Source of the DNA: Antedon mediterranea
Taxonomy: Eukaryota; Animalia; Echinodermata
NCBI RefSeq assembly: GCF_964355755.1
Contig: NC_092676.1
Span: 14,712,871 to 14,776,870, forward strand
DNA: 64,000 nt
Direction: 5' to 3'
Below, piece by piece: positions 40,671 through 53,021 of this stretch. Position 1 is the first letter of the stretch, and every line of letters begins with the position of its first letter. The notes under the pieces are model-generated. The model saw only the letters and a program-made list of their open reading frames with translations. It did not search any database and was not told where the DNA came from. The position numbers and the translations under genes were made by a program.

Positions 40671-41508
40671 TTACTCAGTAGCTTCGGGGGCATGTGCTTC
40701 CTTGAGGTTCGGGTAGTATTTGGCAAGATGATCCATGTCGATGAATGTGCGAACATAACCATTTGCATCTATGTAACGCAATTTGTCAAGGTGGAGCCAG
40801 GCCTTTACTTTGTTGGAATGCAGGTATTTCATCGATGAGTATAATGCCTTTCTTCTACTTATCACTCTGCTGGTAAAATCATCATTTACGTAGATGTTAT
40901 TATCTTTAAATTTAGGTCTCACTTTTGGAGCTGCCTTGCGTACTCTTTCTTTAGTGGAATATCTGAGAAAGTATGCAACAAGTGGTCTCGGTGGTATTAC
41001 GTGGTCCAACTCGATGGGCTCGTTGTATATCATCATTAGCGATTTTGATGCCGGTGGTATTGGAAATAAATGAGGAAAGGAAATTAACAGTACCTTCACT
41101 ATCCTCCGCTTGTTCGGGTATGCCAGTAAACCTCAGATTGTTACGGCGTTGACGTCCTTCTAGGTTGTCGATTTTGTCGCGTATCTCTTCTATGCATTCC
41201 GTAGTGGATTGCTGCGTATCCTCGGCAATATCCTTCAGCTTAACATCCATGAAATCCGAATTTTCCTGCATATCGGCGTGCAAATTCCTCAGTTCTTTTT
41301 GTAAACCGGTGATTTCAAGATTGAGGATGGTAATGTCTTTTTCCAAGGAGACAATCTTGGTGACTGCGTCGCATAATGTTGATTTAATATCAGCAATGGT
41401 TTTGCAGCCCATGATTGACTTGATGAGAGTCGACAGCCAGGTGTTCGGTTCAGCGGCGCTAATATTTAAATTAGAAATATTTGGCTCATTGTTTTCCACG
41501 TTGGCCAT
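40671..41508 (-). pseudogene. LINE ORF1, L1-type coiled coil, RRM and CTD, frameshifted
   Basis: Heptad region, LEGRQRRNNLRFTGIPE, DIQRAHRVG, then in another frame PRPLVAYFLRY and IYVNDDFT. Confidence 0.85.
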
Positions 41509-41737
41509 TGTAGATGTTTAGTTAGAATAAATAACAAAAGTGTACCTATATTTAATGCAACCGATACGTTCACTATCCAGGTAGGTATACAGGTCTCATG
41601 CAGTTAGTAGCTTATCCTTGCAACATGCTATCACAGGTAAGCGAGTACTGTATCTAAATTCATACTTTGATATGTCATAATTGTGCAATTGAAATCGAAA
41701 AATAAAAAATACTGAATTTGTAAAAGATAACTGTGCT

Positions 41738-43047
41738 TGTTAGTGTTACAACCGCTAATGTAGAAAACGCCAGCTAATGTCGAAACAACCGTTAATGTAG
41801 AACAATCCACCGCTAATGTAGTAAAACCTCCAGCCAATGTAGAAACACCATCAGCTTATATGTAGTAATACAAATCAACACCAGCTAATGTAGAAACGGT
41901 CAACAGCTTATGTAGTAACGAAAATAGCCTCCCAGCTTATGTAGTTACTATTGCCAGCTAATGTAGAAAATGTTATATATTTTACAAAAATGTCTAAATC
42001 ATGTGCAAATGCATCGATCTTTACTTAACTTTCTAAAACGACCACACATCATAAGCTACCGTCTCTGTTTAAGGGACCGCTTCTCATAATCGACCACCCC
42101 TCTTTTAAGGGACCATGACCTCTTTCTCACTATTAAACGACCATTTCTCATAATCGACCATCTCTCCCATTACAACGACCTCTCGAAAGTGATCCCTTAA
42201 CAGAGACGGTGGTCATTCAATGGAGGTGGTCATTTTTTAGAGGGCGTTGTGACGAAAGACGGTCGATTATGAGAAGCGGTCCTTTAATAGAGGTGGTGGT
42301 ACTTTAAAAGACGTCGTCACTGACGAGAGGTGTGGTCGTTAAGAGAGGTGTGGTCGTTAAGAGAGGTGGTCGCTTACGAGTAATGATGAAAAGCGGTCCA
42401 GTAACAGAGACAGTGGTCGCTCAATAGAGGCGGTCACTTTCAAAAGGTCGGTGTGATGCGAGATGGTCGATTATGAGAAGCAGTCCCTTAATTGAGGTGG
42501 TGGTTCTTTAAAAGAAGTCGTCACTTACAAGAGGTGTGGTCGTTAAGAGAGGTGGTACTTTAATAGAGTCGTCACTTACCACTACGAGAGGTCGTTGTGA
42601 CGGGAGAGTCAATTATGAGAAGCAGTCCTGTAATACGAGAGGTGGAAAGACTGATAGTAAAGATTGATGCATTTGCACATGATTTAGACATTTTTGTAAA
42701 ATATATAACATTTTCTAAATTAGCTGGCGATAGTAACTACATAAGCTGGGAGGCAATTTTCGTTACTACATAAGCTGTTGACCGTTTCTACATTAGCTGG
42801 TGTTGATTTATATTTACTACCTAAGCTGTTGGTGTTTTTACATTAGCTGGAGGTTTTACTACATTAGCGGTGGATTGTTCTACATTAACGGTTGTTTCGA
42901 TATTAGCTGGCATTTTCTAGCGGTTGTAACACTAACAAGCACATTATCTTTTACAAATTCATTATATTTTATTTTTCGATTTCAATTGCACAACGGTAAC
43001 AGTTGTTTCGACATTAGCTGGCGTTTTTTACATTAGCGGTTTTAACA
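41738..43047. mobile_element. TGT...ACA foldback element (Ginger-like)
   Basis: Arms of gctaatgtagaa repeats and their reverse complement, 5-bp TSD gtgct, interior gaccacc/ggtggtc inverted repeats. Confidence 0.75.
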
Positions 43048-43207
43048 GTGCTTATTAAATAATTTCAATAAAAATGATGTCTAAATAATATTAATTTATT
43101 ATACTAAACAGACTCAATTTCTGTCACTTTAGTTTATTTTAATGCTAAGGTCAAGTCTGGGGGTCACTTCATCAAGCTTAAATGCTTCAAGTGTGAACAA
43201 ATTCTAT

Positions 43208-43844
43208 GGGCGCGTTTATACAACACGCTATTACACGCATAATCAACACGCCTACGAGAAGTGTGTTGTATAACATCGAAGAGATTCCGTGTAATGAGAT
43301 TTTAATTGCAAAAAAAGCTACTTGGCTGAATCCTAAAATTTTGTGGATTCCCGATTACTGTTGGCGTGTTGGAAGTGTCCTCAGGGTATTGTTTTGACCT
43401 CACGTTAAATAAAAGTATGTGCTGTGAAAATGTTGACCAAATCTAGTACTAGTAGATAATTGTGATTTTTTTGCATATTTTAACCTATTTAGCACTTAAC
43501 ATTAACGCTAATCAAATGTTGGCATAATTTGGAAAAATGTAGCATAGTTTTATCCTAATTCTAAAACATTTTTTTTTCTAATTTCAAAAGCAGATTTAAA
43601 AAATCAATTAAATTGAATAAACTAAATTTTAAACGAAATCATCCTTTATTAAAATCCTTAATATAAACTCATATTAATTCATAATGCATGCAAGTATATA
43701 CAACTTAGGATTATGAACTACGGTATAACACGGTATTATGATTTCATGTATAACTGAAAGGTTTTTGTGGGGTTGACCTCGGCCCATGCAACAAGCTAAA
43801 AATTAAAGACGTGTTCAAATTTAGGGTGTTGTATAAACACAGCC
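43208..43844. mobile_element. MITE inserted in a family A HINE
   Basis: Inverted ends g..gtttatacaacac / gtgttgtataaacac; the flanks rejoin to the family A sequence near 30490-30520. Confidence 0.6.
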
Positions 43845-44157
43845 TATCATTACAAACAAAAACTTATACTAAATGGACTTTTTTGATAATAATTCAATGA
43901 TTATCTGACAGCGAATTACAGTATTATAATATCGATCTAGATTGACAGTCAAATGGGACCAGAAATAATGTTTTGATTATTTGACAGTGAATTATTATAA
44001 TTTTCCATTCCAACTTAGCTGAATTGATAAAAAAGGTACCCAAATTTGAACAGTGCTAGTAATATATCAGACTTGCAGTTCAGGAGGTGATAGACGAACA
44101 CATTTTTCGTTTAATACTATTATAATATAGATAGATGTTTTTTTTTTTTTCTTCCAG

Positions 44158-44413
44158 GAACTTCAAATTTTAATAGGAGTCTGACATTCAATAATAGAAG
44201 AGGCAGGGGTGGTTATAGTGGTGGAACATATGGAGCAGTTGGGTCTGGGGAAGGAGGATATAGTGGAGTTGGTAATGGTACTAGAGGAGGCAGTAATTTT
44301 ACAGGTGGATTCAGCAATTCGCAGAGTTCATTTGTCTCTTCAAATCGTTATACATTGCTAGATCAAACACACAACACCCATGGTGATGAACATTTAACTT
44401 CAACTGAAATGTT
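44158..44413 (+). CDS. NUP42: NUP42 exon 2 (Gly/RGG-rich)
   Basis: Strong poly-T acceptor, GTAAGT donor, open in the required phase: RRGRGGYSGG...SNRYTLL...EML. Confidence 0.85.
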
Positions 44414-44498
44414 GTAAGTATATAGTTCTGTAAGCCTGCAATAGAATAGATTTTTTACAGTTTTGCTAAAATGCATACTCGACTGTAATTTATAGGTA

Positions 44499-45743
44499 CA
44501 GTACAGAAAGAAATTACTGCTTCGTATCTACGTGTAGGCTTTCGTAGGTAGAACGTAGGTCATTGTTCTCTCCTACGATGTATTGTTTGTAGCCTACGAT
44601 GTATTGTTCGTAGCCTACGATGTATTGTTCTCTCCTACGATGTATTGTTCGTAGCCTACGATGTATTGTTCTAATCTTTCCTACGATGTATTGTTCGTAG
44701 CCTACGGTAACGATGTATTAATTGTTCTTAGCCTACGATGTATCCTATGAAATCTAGGTTACGCCTCGATCGTAGGGTGGTTCGTAGAAGCATGGACAAT
44801 GCAAACAAACAATGTATTGTTTGCTAATTTTTGTAGCTGCCCTACGCATCGGTTATCCTAATTTGGACGGAAACGACATCGGGCCGGTGGACCTCAGCTC
44901 ACGTAGAGAGAGTCGAGGCTAGTACTAGTAGGCCTAGCCTCTTTCGGCGGCCTACACTATAAATTATTTATTCCTACCTTATTGGGTTAGCGAATTATAA
45001 AAACAACGACACCTAGGCTAGGACACCAACAAAATATATACAAAATAAATATATATTCCATATTAAAGAAAAAGACCCGACCAGAATTAATTAATTACTG
45101 TTTTATCGTCGTCAGAGGGTAGCCACCCTCTCGTGCTCGTACTGAGTAAAAAAAACATGTGAGAGATTGCGGTAAGCATGCAGAGAGTATCGCGTTTCAT
45201 GCCATGTGACCAAAAAAATACTAGGTCTGTATTAATTACGGTCTTCTGAACGTCCTGATGCTATATTTAGAATGAATTGTTTACGATCTTTTTTTCTCTG
45301 CATCGTTTCTGAATGGGACTGGACGTTCGCTATATTATGTTTATTAGTTGGCCTGTTCGTTGCGGTTCACCTGTGTTGGATCATGTCTCTCTCTACGTTA
45401 TACATCGTGGGAAATTTATATTTATATTCGCCGTTAGGTAGGTAAACACGAACGAAGGAAAAGATTACGATTAAAAAATATTATTTATTTTTATTAATTT
45501 ACAACTTTGTCCTCCGCCAGTTAAATTTAACACATTAATTTCACACCTTACTTCACTAAGAACATCGTAGGGTTGTTTATTTAGGTTACGAACTCCCTAC
45601 AAAGTTCAGAACGTAGCTCATTGAAAGTTGTTTATTGAGGTTACGAAGCCAAACAATGGAACCTACGAAGCCAACAACAGAGCCTACGTTCTATCTACGA
45701 AGCTACTTCGTAGGTAAAGTTGCAGTATTTTCTTTCTGTACTG
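44499..45743. mobile_element. TA-flanked TIR element (Tc1/mariner-like) with 21-bp tandem repeats
   Basis: TA-cagtacagaaagaaa...tttctttctgtactg-TA; cctacgatgtattgttcgtag repeats at 44574-44745. Confidence 0.75.
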
Positions 45744-45744
45744 T

Positions 45745-46207
45745 ACCACCAAAAAACGTCTGGGAAAGAGTCTAATGGTTGAATGACAAATCCCAAAGCA
45801 TTTGTGGTATTTATGAGTCCCATGATATTATATAATTCACTGTCAGATGATACTTCACACTTGAATGAAGTATCTAGGGTGATGAAATGACCCCCAGACT
45901 TGACCTTAGCAATAAAATAAACTAAAGTGACTGATATGAAACACAGACTCTGTAACAAAAAAATAATATTTGTTCACATAAAAAAAGAAAAGAAACGTTT
46001 AATAAAAATTCAAAAACCATTGTCTGACAGAAAATTTAATTATTTTTTGCTTTAAATTTTTTCAGGTAAAATAACTATTATGTGACAATAAAATGACACA
46101 TTCAAACACAAATTTGAAATAAAAAATATTTTTCAGAGGGATAATATATCTTTAAAACTGTTACGTCAATAAGCGAGCAGCGTTTTTTGTAAGAAATATT
46201 TCTTGTT
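45745..46207 (+). mobile_element. Family A HINE, partial copy in the opposite orientation
   Basis: Reverse complement of the 291-540 and 25080-25260/30215-30480 sequences; ends aagaaatatttcttgttt. Confidence 0.7.
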
Positions 46208-46785
46208 TTAATATGTTTTTGATATTAAGTAGCTTTCAGTGTTTAAAGAGCCATGTGACACATGTTGTAGCCGTCAATATTCGAGTTACAGTAGGAGTTA
46301 GCCATTTTTTATTTGTTTGACAATGTCAAATTTATAATGATACAAATACATAAGTTCAACCAATCAACATTTGCTTGAACATTCTGCAGTTAAAATGTAC
46401 TGTACAATTGATAGCAATTTTCACCTTGTATCTTCTGAATAAACAGATCACTTGTGTTAAAAAAAAGTTATTTTCAGGGTCTAGGCCTATTATATCCCAA
46501 ATTATGGGAATTGTATTCAATATATTTGAAGGATTTAAAATCAGAATCATAACATAAATTAGATTCAATAAAATTAATTTGGCACAACCTTTACAAAACT
46601 ATTCAGTATTTACATTAGATCCAAAACATACAAAATCTAAATTTAGTTTCAAAAAGATTGCAAAATATTATTTATTATCAAACAATACTTAGCTGCCATG
46701 TTTTTGTTAATATATTTACCTCTAGAAATTCAAAATGTATTAATTTGAATTATACTGCAAGTGAAATGTACCGCTTTATGTCTTA

Positions 46786-47634
46786 AGCCCCTTTCTCAAA
46801 GATGTGCCTGCAATATACCGGTACAGTGCTGGCGTCGTGCCGGTATCGTTACCGGCATATACCCATTCTCATCGGACTATCATGCCGGAAATATAACCGC
46901 CGGTATATACCGGCTTTCTGTGAGAAAGGAGTCGGGCATATTCGGCCAATAAAAAGTCTCTGACAAAATAATTATTGAGGGCGTCCTTTATTGTTATTAT
47001 TTTTGTCTAGCGATGATATGGCGGCGAATGTTAAGTTACAGATTATTATCTTCCTTTATAGCATATTTATGCACTGCAATACATGCTATGTACAGTATAT
47101 TGTGCATATATTATACAGGTATAGCAATTAATTTGCCGTCATCGGCAATCTGTAAAACACCTTAGAAGGCTGTAGGCCTACAATTTACAAGGCGACAAAA
47201 GGTCAGGCACCAACAAACAAAGAGCTTAAATGCCAATGGCCTAGCCTAGCGGCCTATAGATTATGCGACAAATTTCTTCTTGTCCCCTTATTTTAAGCAG
47301 CTCTCTTATCTCATTATCCCTTCAGTTCGACATTATTATTGTTAATTGAATTGAATAGGCGCCAAAGTGATACACTTGACCGCGCAAGGTGTCAAAGCCT
47401 CGACGGGGAACCCCGGAATATAACGGCGATCCCCGGAATATAACGGCGATACGTTCTCACAGAATGCCCGTCTGGCATTGCGGGGAATATCCCTAGAATA
47501 TTACTAGGTCTAAAGCAGGTCATGTCGATGCCGGCATGATACCAAGACGACCCGTTCTCACAGAAAACCATACCGGCATGGTAATGGTATATTCCCGCAA
47601 TATTCCTGGCACACAGCTCTGTGAGAAAGGGGCT
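46786..47634. mobile_element. PIF/Harbinger-like MITE
   Basis: TIR agcccctttctca / tgagaaaggggct, 3-bp TSD tta. Confidence 0.8.
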
Positions 47635-47839
47635 TTATTGTTATTTTCATTTCTGTGTTTTATATATATTATATGTTTTGTTTGCTTTTGAATGTTTTGT
47701 TTTTGGCGTCCCTGACACAAGCTTTTGCTTTATTGGTGACGCCACCATTTTAGATTGGAATTTAATTTTAAACTGTGTAAACGAATACAGTAGGTATCAT
47801 ATTGGCTGATAATTAAAATATCTAATTTTGATACTGCAG

Positions 47840-48500
47840 CCTCCAGCCTTCTTTCTCCTCCCACCATCCCAGCCCCAATCAACAAACCTTAACTCCTCCC
47901 CTGGATATTTTAAATGTAGTAACTTTTCCTAGTACAATTCCAATCAAGTTATACTTCATTACTCCAGTATTTCTGCCGCTCCTCTTCCCAACACACCTAA
48001 GATACTGGGTGATGACATTTCCAGTACAAATTATGCTATCCATCACCACTCCCAACCCATAATCCCTCAGTGGCAGTTTTCAAATGTAGTTTAAAACATT
48101 TCCAGTACAGTTTCAGTCATGGTGATAGGCTTACATCCCCACCCCAAACTCCCAGCCCCTTCCCAGGGATAATTAAAATACAATTTCCAACCAAAATTCT
48201 GATCAATTTGATAGCCTACTACCCATAGCCTAAGCAAAGTCCCCACTATCCCCTCAATCCCAACTACAGTGCCACCAAATCTCTGGACTTTTTGAAATGT
48301 AGTTTAAAAGCTTTCCGGTACAATTGCGGCAATTTTGATACTCCATATTAATGGTTACGTACAGAAATTTATATAACGACCAAACATCGAAAGTGGGGAA
48401 AAGTTGGCCATTTTGACCCCTAACTTGGATCCTAGATGGCGGATGATGTTCAAACACATAGTTTAGAACTTTCTCGGTACAATTGCGGTCATTTTGATAC
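47840..48500. repeat. Degenerate tandem repeat (~80-180-bp spacing)
   Basis: Recurring tgtagttt..aa.ctttcc(a/g)gtacaatt motif separated by C-rich stretches. Confidence 0.5.
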
Positions 48501-48798
48501 AATATGTAAGGTTACATGTGCAGTAAACACACAAACAAATGTACAAACTCTCTCACTTATATTATAGATAATGATATAGATAATATAGATCGATAATTTA
48601 TGCAAAACATTTTGCAGACCGTTTGTTTTCTGGTAGTACAACTCTACTGTAGCAAATACCACACTGATGATCAATATACTCATTTAAAACAATAAGATAA
48701 AGATATAATTACGATTACGATTTATTAATGGTATTTCGGTGTGACTTTATTTATCCTGTTCAAAATAAAAAATAATAGTGTATTTTCCATTACTACAG

Positions 48799-48893
48799 AG
48801 ATGTTATTAAGAAAGATTTTGAAGAATGGATTCAAGGCAATATGTGGCCATTTTCATGCTACAGGCCTAGCAAAGCTAATTCCAATTTTACAG
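48799..48893 (+). CDS. NUP42: NUP42 exon 3
   Basis: DVIKKDFEEWIQGNMWPFSCY matches the NUP42 I.KD...W....W.FS.Y motif; AG/GT and phase consistent. Confidence 0.9.
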
Positions 48894-49769
48894 GTAAACA
48901 TCAATTATTTGCAGACATGTTCTGATGGAAACTTACCTGTAGACAATAAGGAATAGTTTTTTTGTGGATTGTGAAAAAAAATATATGCAGATTGGATATG
49001 TTTAAAATTATATATTTAGTATAATTCTCTTATATATATTCTTAGATTTCCCCCCAATATATATATTGATATTTTTTATTGATCGACTATATAAACCTCC
49101 TTGACAGAGGTAATAATTAAAACAATGTTTAGCTCTACAAGAAAGTAGAAAATGCTACTTTATGTTCTTTTGAATATTTGATTTCTTTATATACGGGTAT
49201 GTATTCTATCATGTATTCTGGTGCAAAGCTGTGGAATGAAATCTTAGATGATTTAAGGTTTTTAACAAAAAACAAATTTTAAAAAGAAATGAAAAAATAT
49301 TATTTATTTGTTTAAGATATTTATTTATTTCATAAAATAATTATATACTTGTGAGAAAGTGTGTTTAAAAAAAATATTGTGTATATTAATTTTTAGAAAG
49401 GTAGCCCTAATTTATGTACTGTATATAACTATTTATATTTCAATGTTTAGGGGCACGCTGAACTTGATTAGTTTTAACTATTCTTTAGCCCTTCCCTTGA
49501 TATATTATGTTTTATTTATGTTACAATGTTTACTTTATATTTATGGGTAATTAAAAGAAAGAAAGATATTTTCATTCATCCAGGTAGTATTAAGTTATTA
49601 GAAGAATAAATCAACTGCACTTTCACGACCTATCCAGGTTGTATCATCATGATACAAGCTGGATATGCCATAAAAAGTCGCTGATATATTATAAACAAAA
49701 GTTCAGTTGAATAGATTTCTTTATATGTTTAAAAAAAATTGAATCCAATGAAATTGTTTTCTGTATTAG

Positions 49770-49846
49770 GATTTGAAGATACATCGTTTGAGGAACTGAG
49801 ATATGAAGCCTACCAGGCAGTAAAAAATAATACATATGAACAATAT
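49770..49846 (+). CDS. NUP42: NUP42 exon 4
   Basis: GFEDTSFEELRYEAY matches the conserved D.S.EELR motif; AG/GTAAGT. Confidence 0.9.
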
Positions 49847-50246
49847 GTAAGTTAAGTCTGATTTAAACAATATTTTTATTCAGTTCCTTGAACTATGATG
49901 ATATACATTTAACTCTGCTGGCCAACGGCGCAGATCTGTCGATGGGACAGTCATTAAAATGTTCTATAAAAGCCTACCGTAAAGGCTGTTTTGGACTTGC
50001 CTGTTTGTATTGTTGAGCGAAAAGAGCTAAGACAATACGTTGAAAAGAAATGCAGTTTGGTTAATTTCAATTGGTTTTCAGGGCACATAAATACGGCATT
50101 ACACATTTTATTTGTCATATGGCACCTGAATTTTAACAATTTGATTCCTTTTCCTTTCCTCTTAAACCATCATATTCAACAGTGCGCATCTCGCTAATCC
50201 ATGATCAATTTTCTATCAAATTTTGTCAACCAATCATCTTTCTCAC

Positions 50247-50562
50247 GAGTGAGTGAGTGGCCGAGCGGTTAAGACAGTGGAACCGTAATCACGTAGCCAT
50301 AACATCGGCAGGGGTTCGAGGCTCACTCACTCCATGGTTCTGGTGGTAGAACGAGTCTTCTCGGATAAGGACTATAAACCGTAGGTCCAGTGTACACAAC
50401 TTGCTCGTGTGCACTTTAAAGAACCTAGTACATCTTTCGAGACGAGTAGGGGGTTACCCCGGTGTATTAGTACATCACAGCCACTGATCACCAACTGGGC
50501 CCTCTGGGAGATCAGTCTTTGACTTAAGAGGTCACCCAGTATAAAGATAAAACAAACAAACA
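50247..50562 (+). mobile_element. tRNA-derived SINE with a Deu/Nin-like central domain
   Basis: A box tggccgagcgg, B box ggttcgagg, core ctcggataaggactataaaccgtaggtcc...ttaaagaacc...gagtagggggttaccccggtg, (AAAC)n tail. Confidence 0.8.
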
Positions 50563-50851
50563 TTAACCACCAGTTTCATTTTGATGAAACCTAAAAATTT
50601 GAATAACATGGGTCCTGTAATTTTACCTACACTGTATATTTGGATATCTTATGGCCAGTTAAATGAATTTTTTCATTATCATTCGAATTTTCATCGTTTC
50701 ATGTTTTTTTTTTATAACCTTATATATCAAAAAATTATTTATTTACTCGTATATATATATAATCATGTATAAAGAATTAAAGTTCAAAATCTTAGGGACA
50801 ATTTGGTAATAACTGAATCTTACCGAGTAAATATTTTATATTTTATTACAG

Positions 50852-50938
50852 AAAAGAGGATTTGATGATTTAGCAAATACAGTATCTCGGAAGAGGAATG
50901 AATTAATGCATCCATCACAACCTTCCAAATCAAATTTG
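50852..50938 (+). CDS. NUP42: NUP42 exon 5
   Basis: 87 bp, phase 0, AG/GTAAGC; KRGFDDLANTVSRKRNELMHP. Confidence 0.85.
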
Positions 50939-51048
50939 GTAAGCATGTTTTTTATTCTCTACACAGCACCACTGTAGAGCTGCAATTCGTGAAATATCTT
51001 TTTTCGAAATATGCTTATTGTCTCCATCAACAAAGTAAAACAATATAA

Positions 51049-51764
51049 AACAAGGCCAACAGCCATTAAGTCGCGTGCTACAATGCATAGTGATACCGGA
51101 CCGACAGACAGACCGACAGACCGACCGACCGACATAGTGAACTATACTGACCGAAATTACTGAACATGTTTAAAAATGTTGAAATGTTTAAAAACATTTA
51201 TTTTTTTTTAATTTACACGTGCGTAGCCTGTCACTTTCGACGTGCTCGTATAACGTAATTTCGAGTTGAAAAGTAAGTCAAGAAAACAGAAATCGGGCAA
51301 AAAGAGTGCGCAATAACATTTAACGCGCAGTGCGCGCGCAAAAATATGCGCACTCATGGCAATTTTGTAAACGCTTAAAATTGCCTGAAATGTACTCTTA
51401 TTTCATCGAAAATAAATTTTGAAAATGTTAAGCGCGCGTACGCATGCGTTACGCACGTAATTGTATTGCCATATGATGATTTATGCCCTGAAATTTATGA
51501 GTACCAAATTTTATTTAATTGTGATTCATGGTTGTGAAGATATGATTACAAACGTGATTTCGTTAAATCGTGCGTAGACCGCGTAATTTTTTATTGATTC
51601 CTGGCCATAAGGAATATACTGTGAAAAATTGACCTAGCTAGATTAAACTGATATCAAGATAAGGTCAGAAAGCGATAAAACGCATAGTGATACCGACAGA
51701 CAGACAGACAGACAGACCGACCGACCGACATAGTGAACTATAGTCGCTTCCACGCGACTAAAAA
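51049..51764 (-). mobile_element. HINE family B, second copy
   Basis: Near-identical core to 29363-30014, (GACA/GACC)n microsatellites, cacgcgactaaaaa end. Confidence 0.8.
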
Positions 51765-51871
51765 TAGGTGTATAGGCATTTACATAGAATTTAAATTTGT
51801 TTTTAGTTTGTTACTGCTTTGTCTTCTCATTTTAAGAATTTTAAATAAATTTGTTTTCCTTTTTTTTATAG

Positions 51872-51915
51872 ATTGATATCTGCAAAACAATATTTTCTCC
51901 ATCAATTTCATCAAG
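51872..51915 (+). CDS. NUP42: NUP42 exon 6 (44 bp)
   Basis: Poly-T AG acceptor, GT donor; supplies the phase-2 link needed between exon 5 and the last exon. Confidence 0.7.
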
Positions 51916-52103
51916 GTGTGTATAGATGTTCTTTGTTTCCATAATGGCCCTGTGACCAATTATCATCTGACTTCCATAGAAAAAATGTACTCTTTGAAAA
52001 CTGTGAATCTAAATGCATTAGCTGTATCAATTTAGTTTTCTTCACAACAAGAATATTTGTAATACTTTTTGTTTAGTATCAATTTTATTTTATTACATTT
52101 TAG

Positions 52104-52593
52104 TAATGGATCAACAAGTGCATTTGAAACTTCTAATTTTGGATCCAATACAAGATGTTCCAGTACTTTTGGATCTTTGTCCACCAATACATTTGGATCT
52201 ATTGGTGAAGGATTTGTAACTGGCTCAACAACAAGTGGATTTGGTTCAAAGACTACAGTTTTTGGTTCTAGTAGTTTTGGACAAAGTGCTGGCATGTTCA
52301 GTTCTGCTCAGTCAACATCATTTTCAGCTGCTAAACCTAATTCATTTGCTGCAGGTAGTGATTCAACTTTTATCAAGGGACAGAATCAGCCAGCAACGTC
52401 TGCATTTTTAGCACCTGGCTTGTTTGGTAAGTCTGTACCAGCTGCAACACAAGCACCTATCACAGCTGCTGATAGTAACATTTATACACCAATAGATCAA
52501 ATTACTAAAGAGCAAAAAGAACAATTTGAAGCTAGTCATTTTACATTAGGAAAAATACCAATACTACCACCACCTAAGGAACTAGTTTCTTAA
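52104..52593 (+). CDS. NUP42: NUP42 last exon, FG repeats and GLE1-binding motif
   Basis: FG repeats, then YTPIDQITKEQKEQFEASHFTLGKIPILPPPKEL*; AATAAA at 52665-52670. Confidence 0.93.
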
Positions 52594-52863
52594 TATGCTG
52601 TTTTATTTAATAATGTACAGTTTTTGTGAATATTATGTTTTTATTAGTTATTCAAAAAATCATGAATAAATTATAAAGAAAAGTAGATCCAAATAGGACA
52701 ACATTTTGTTTTGAGTGAGCTGATATTTTGTCTTCCTTACACCTGTTTTTCAGTTGACAGGGCTTATCAATGATGCTAATTTGCATCAGTCTTTAAATCT
52801 ATATCATCAGCATCAGAACAAATGTTATATTAATAATGTAAATTGTTTCACACACTTACTTTC

Positions 52864-52973
52864 TCACATAATTCTGGTAAATTTTAAAATGAACAATCTC
52901 TCTGGTCCTGCATTCCTCTTTAGAACTTCTTCCATCATTAAACCAGTTGCCAACATTTGCTGCTCAATTTTAT
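52864..52973 (-). CDS. N6AMT1: N6AMT1/HEMK2 methyltransferase, exon 5 (last)
   Basis: DKIEQQMLATGLMMEEVLKRNAGPERLFILKFTRIM* matches the R.AG.E.L.VLKF C-terminus. Confidence 0.9.
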
Positions 52974-53021
52974 CTGGTATAAATAGAATACAAGTAGTAC
53001 TGATAGGATGAAAAGATTGTA

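Larger units (their letters stand above)
35293..41656 (-). mobile_element. Near full-length LINE (CR1/L2-group, Crack/Daphne-like) in NUP42 intron 1
   Basis: ORF1 and ORF2 present, 3' tail aataaa...(CTGAAT)3, possible short TSD aattca. The flanks rejoin to family A HINE sequence (compare 30320-30370). Confidence 0.85.

Noticed and set aside
50247-50336. Functional tRNA gene
   Set aside because: It continues directly into a SINE core and tail, and the cloverleaf is not canonical.
52032-52295. Antisense ORF over the NUP42 last exon, and similar shadow ORFs over SNX19 and the LINEs
   Set aside because: These are shadow frames of real coding sequence with no independent motifs.
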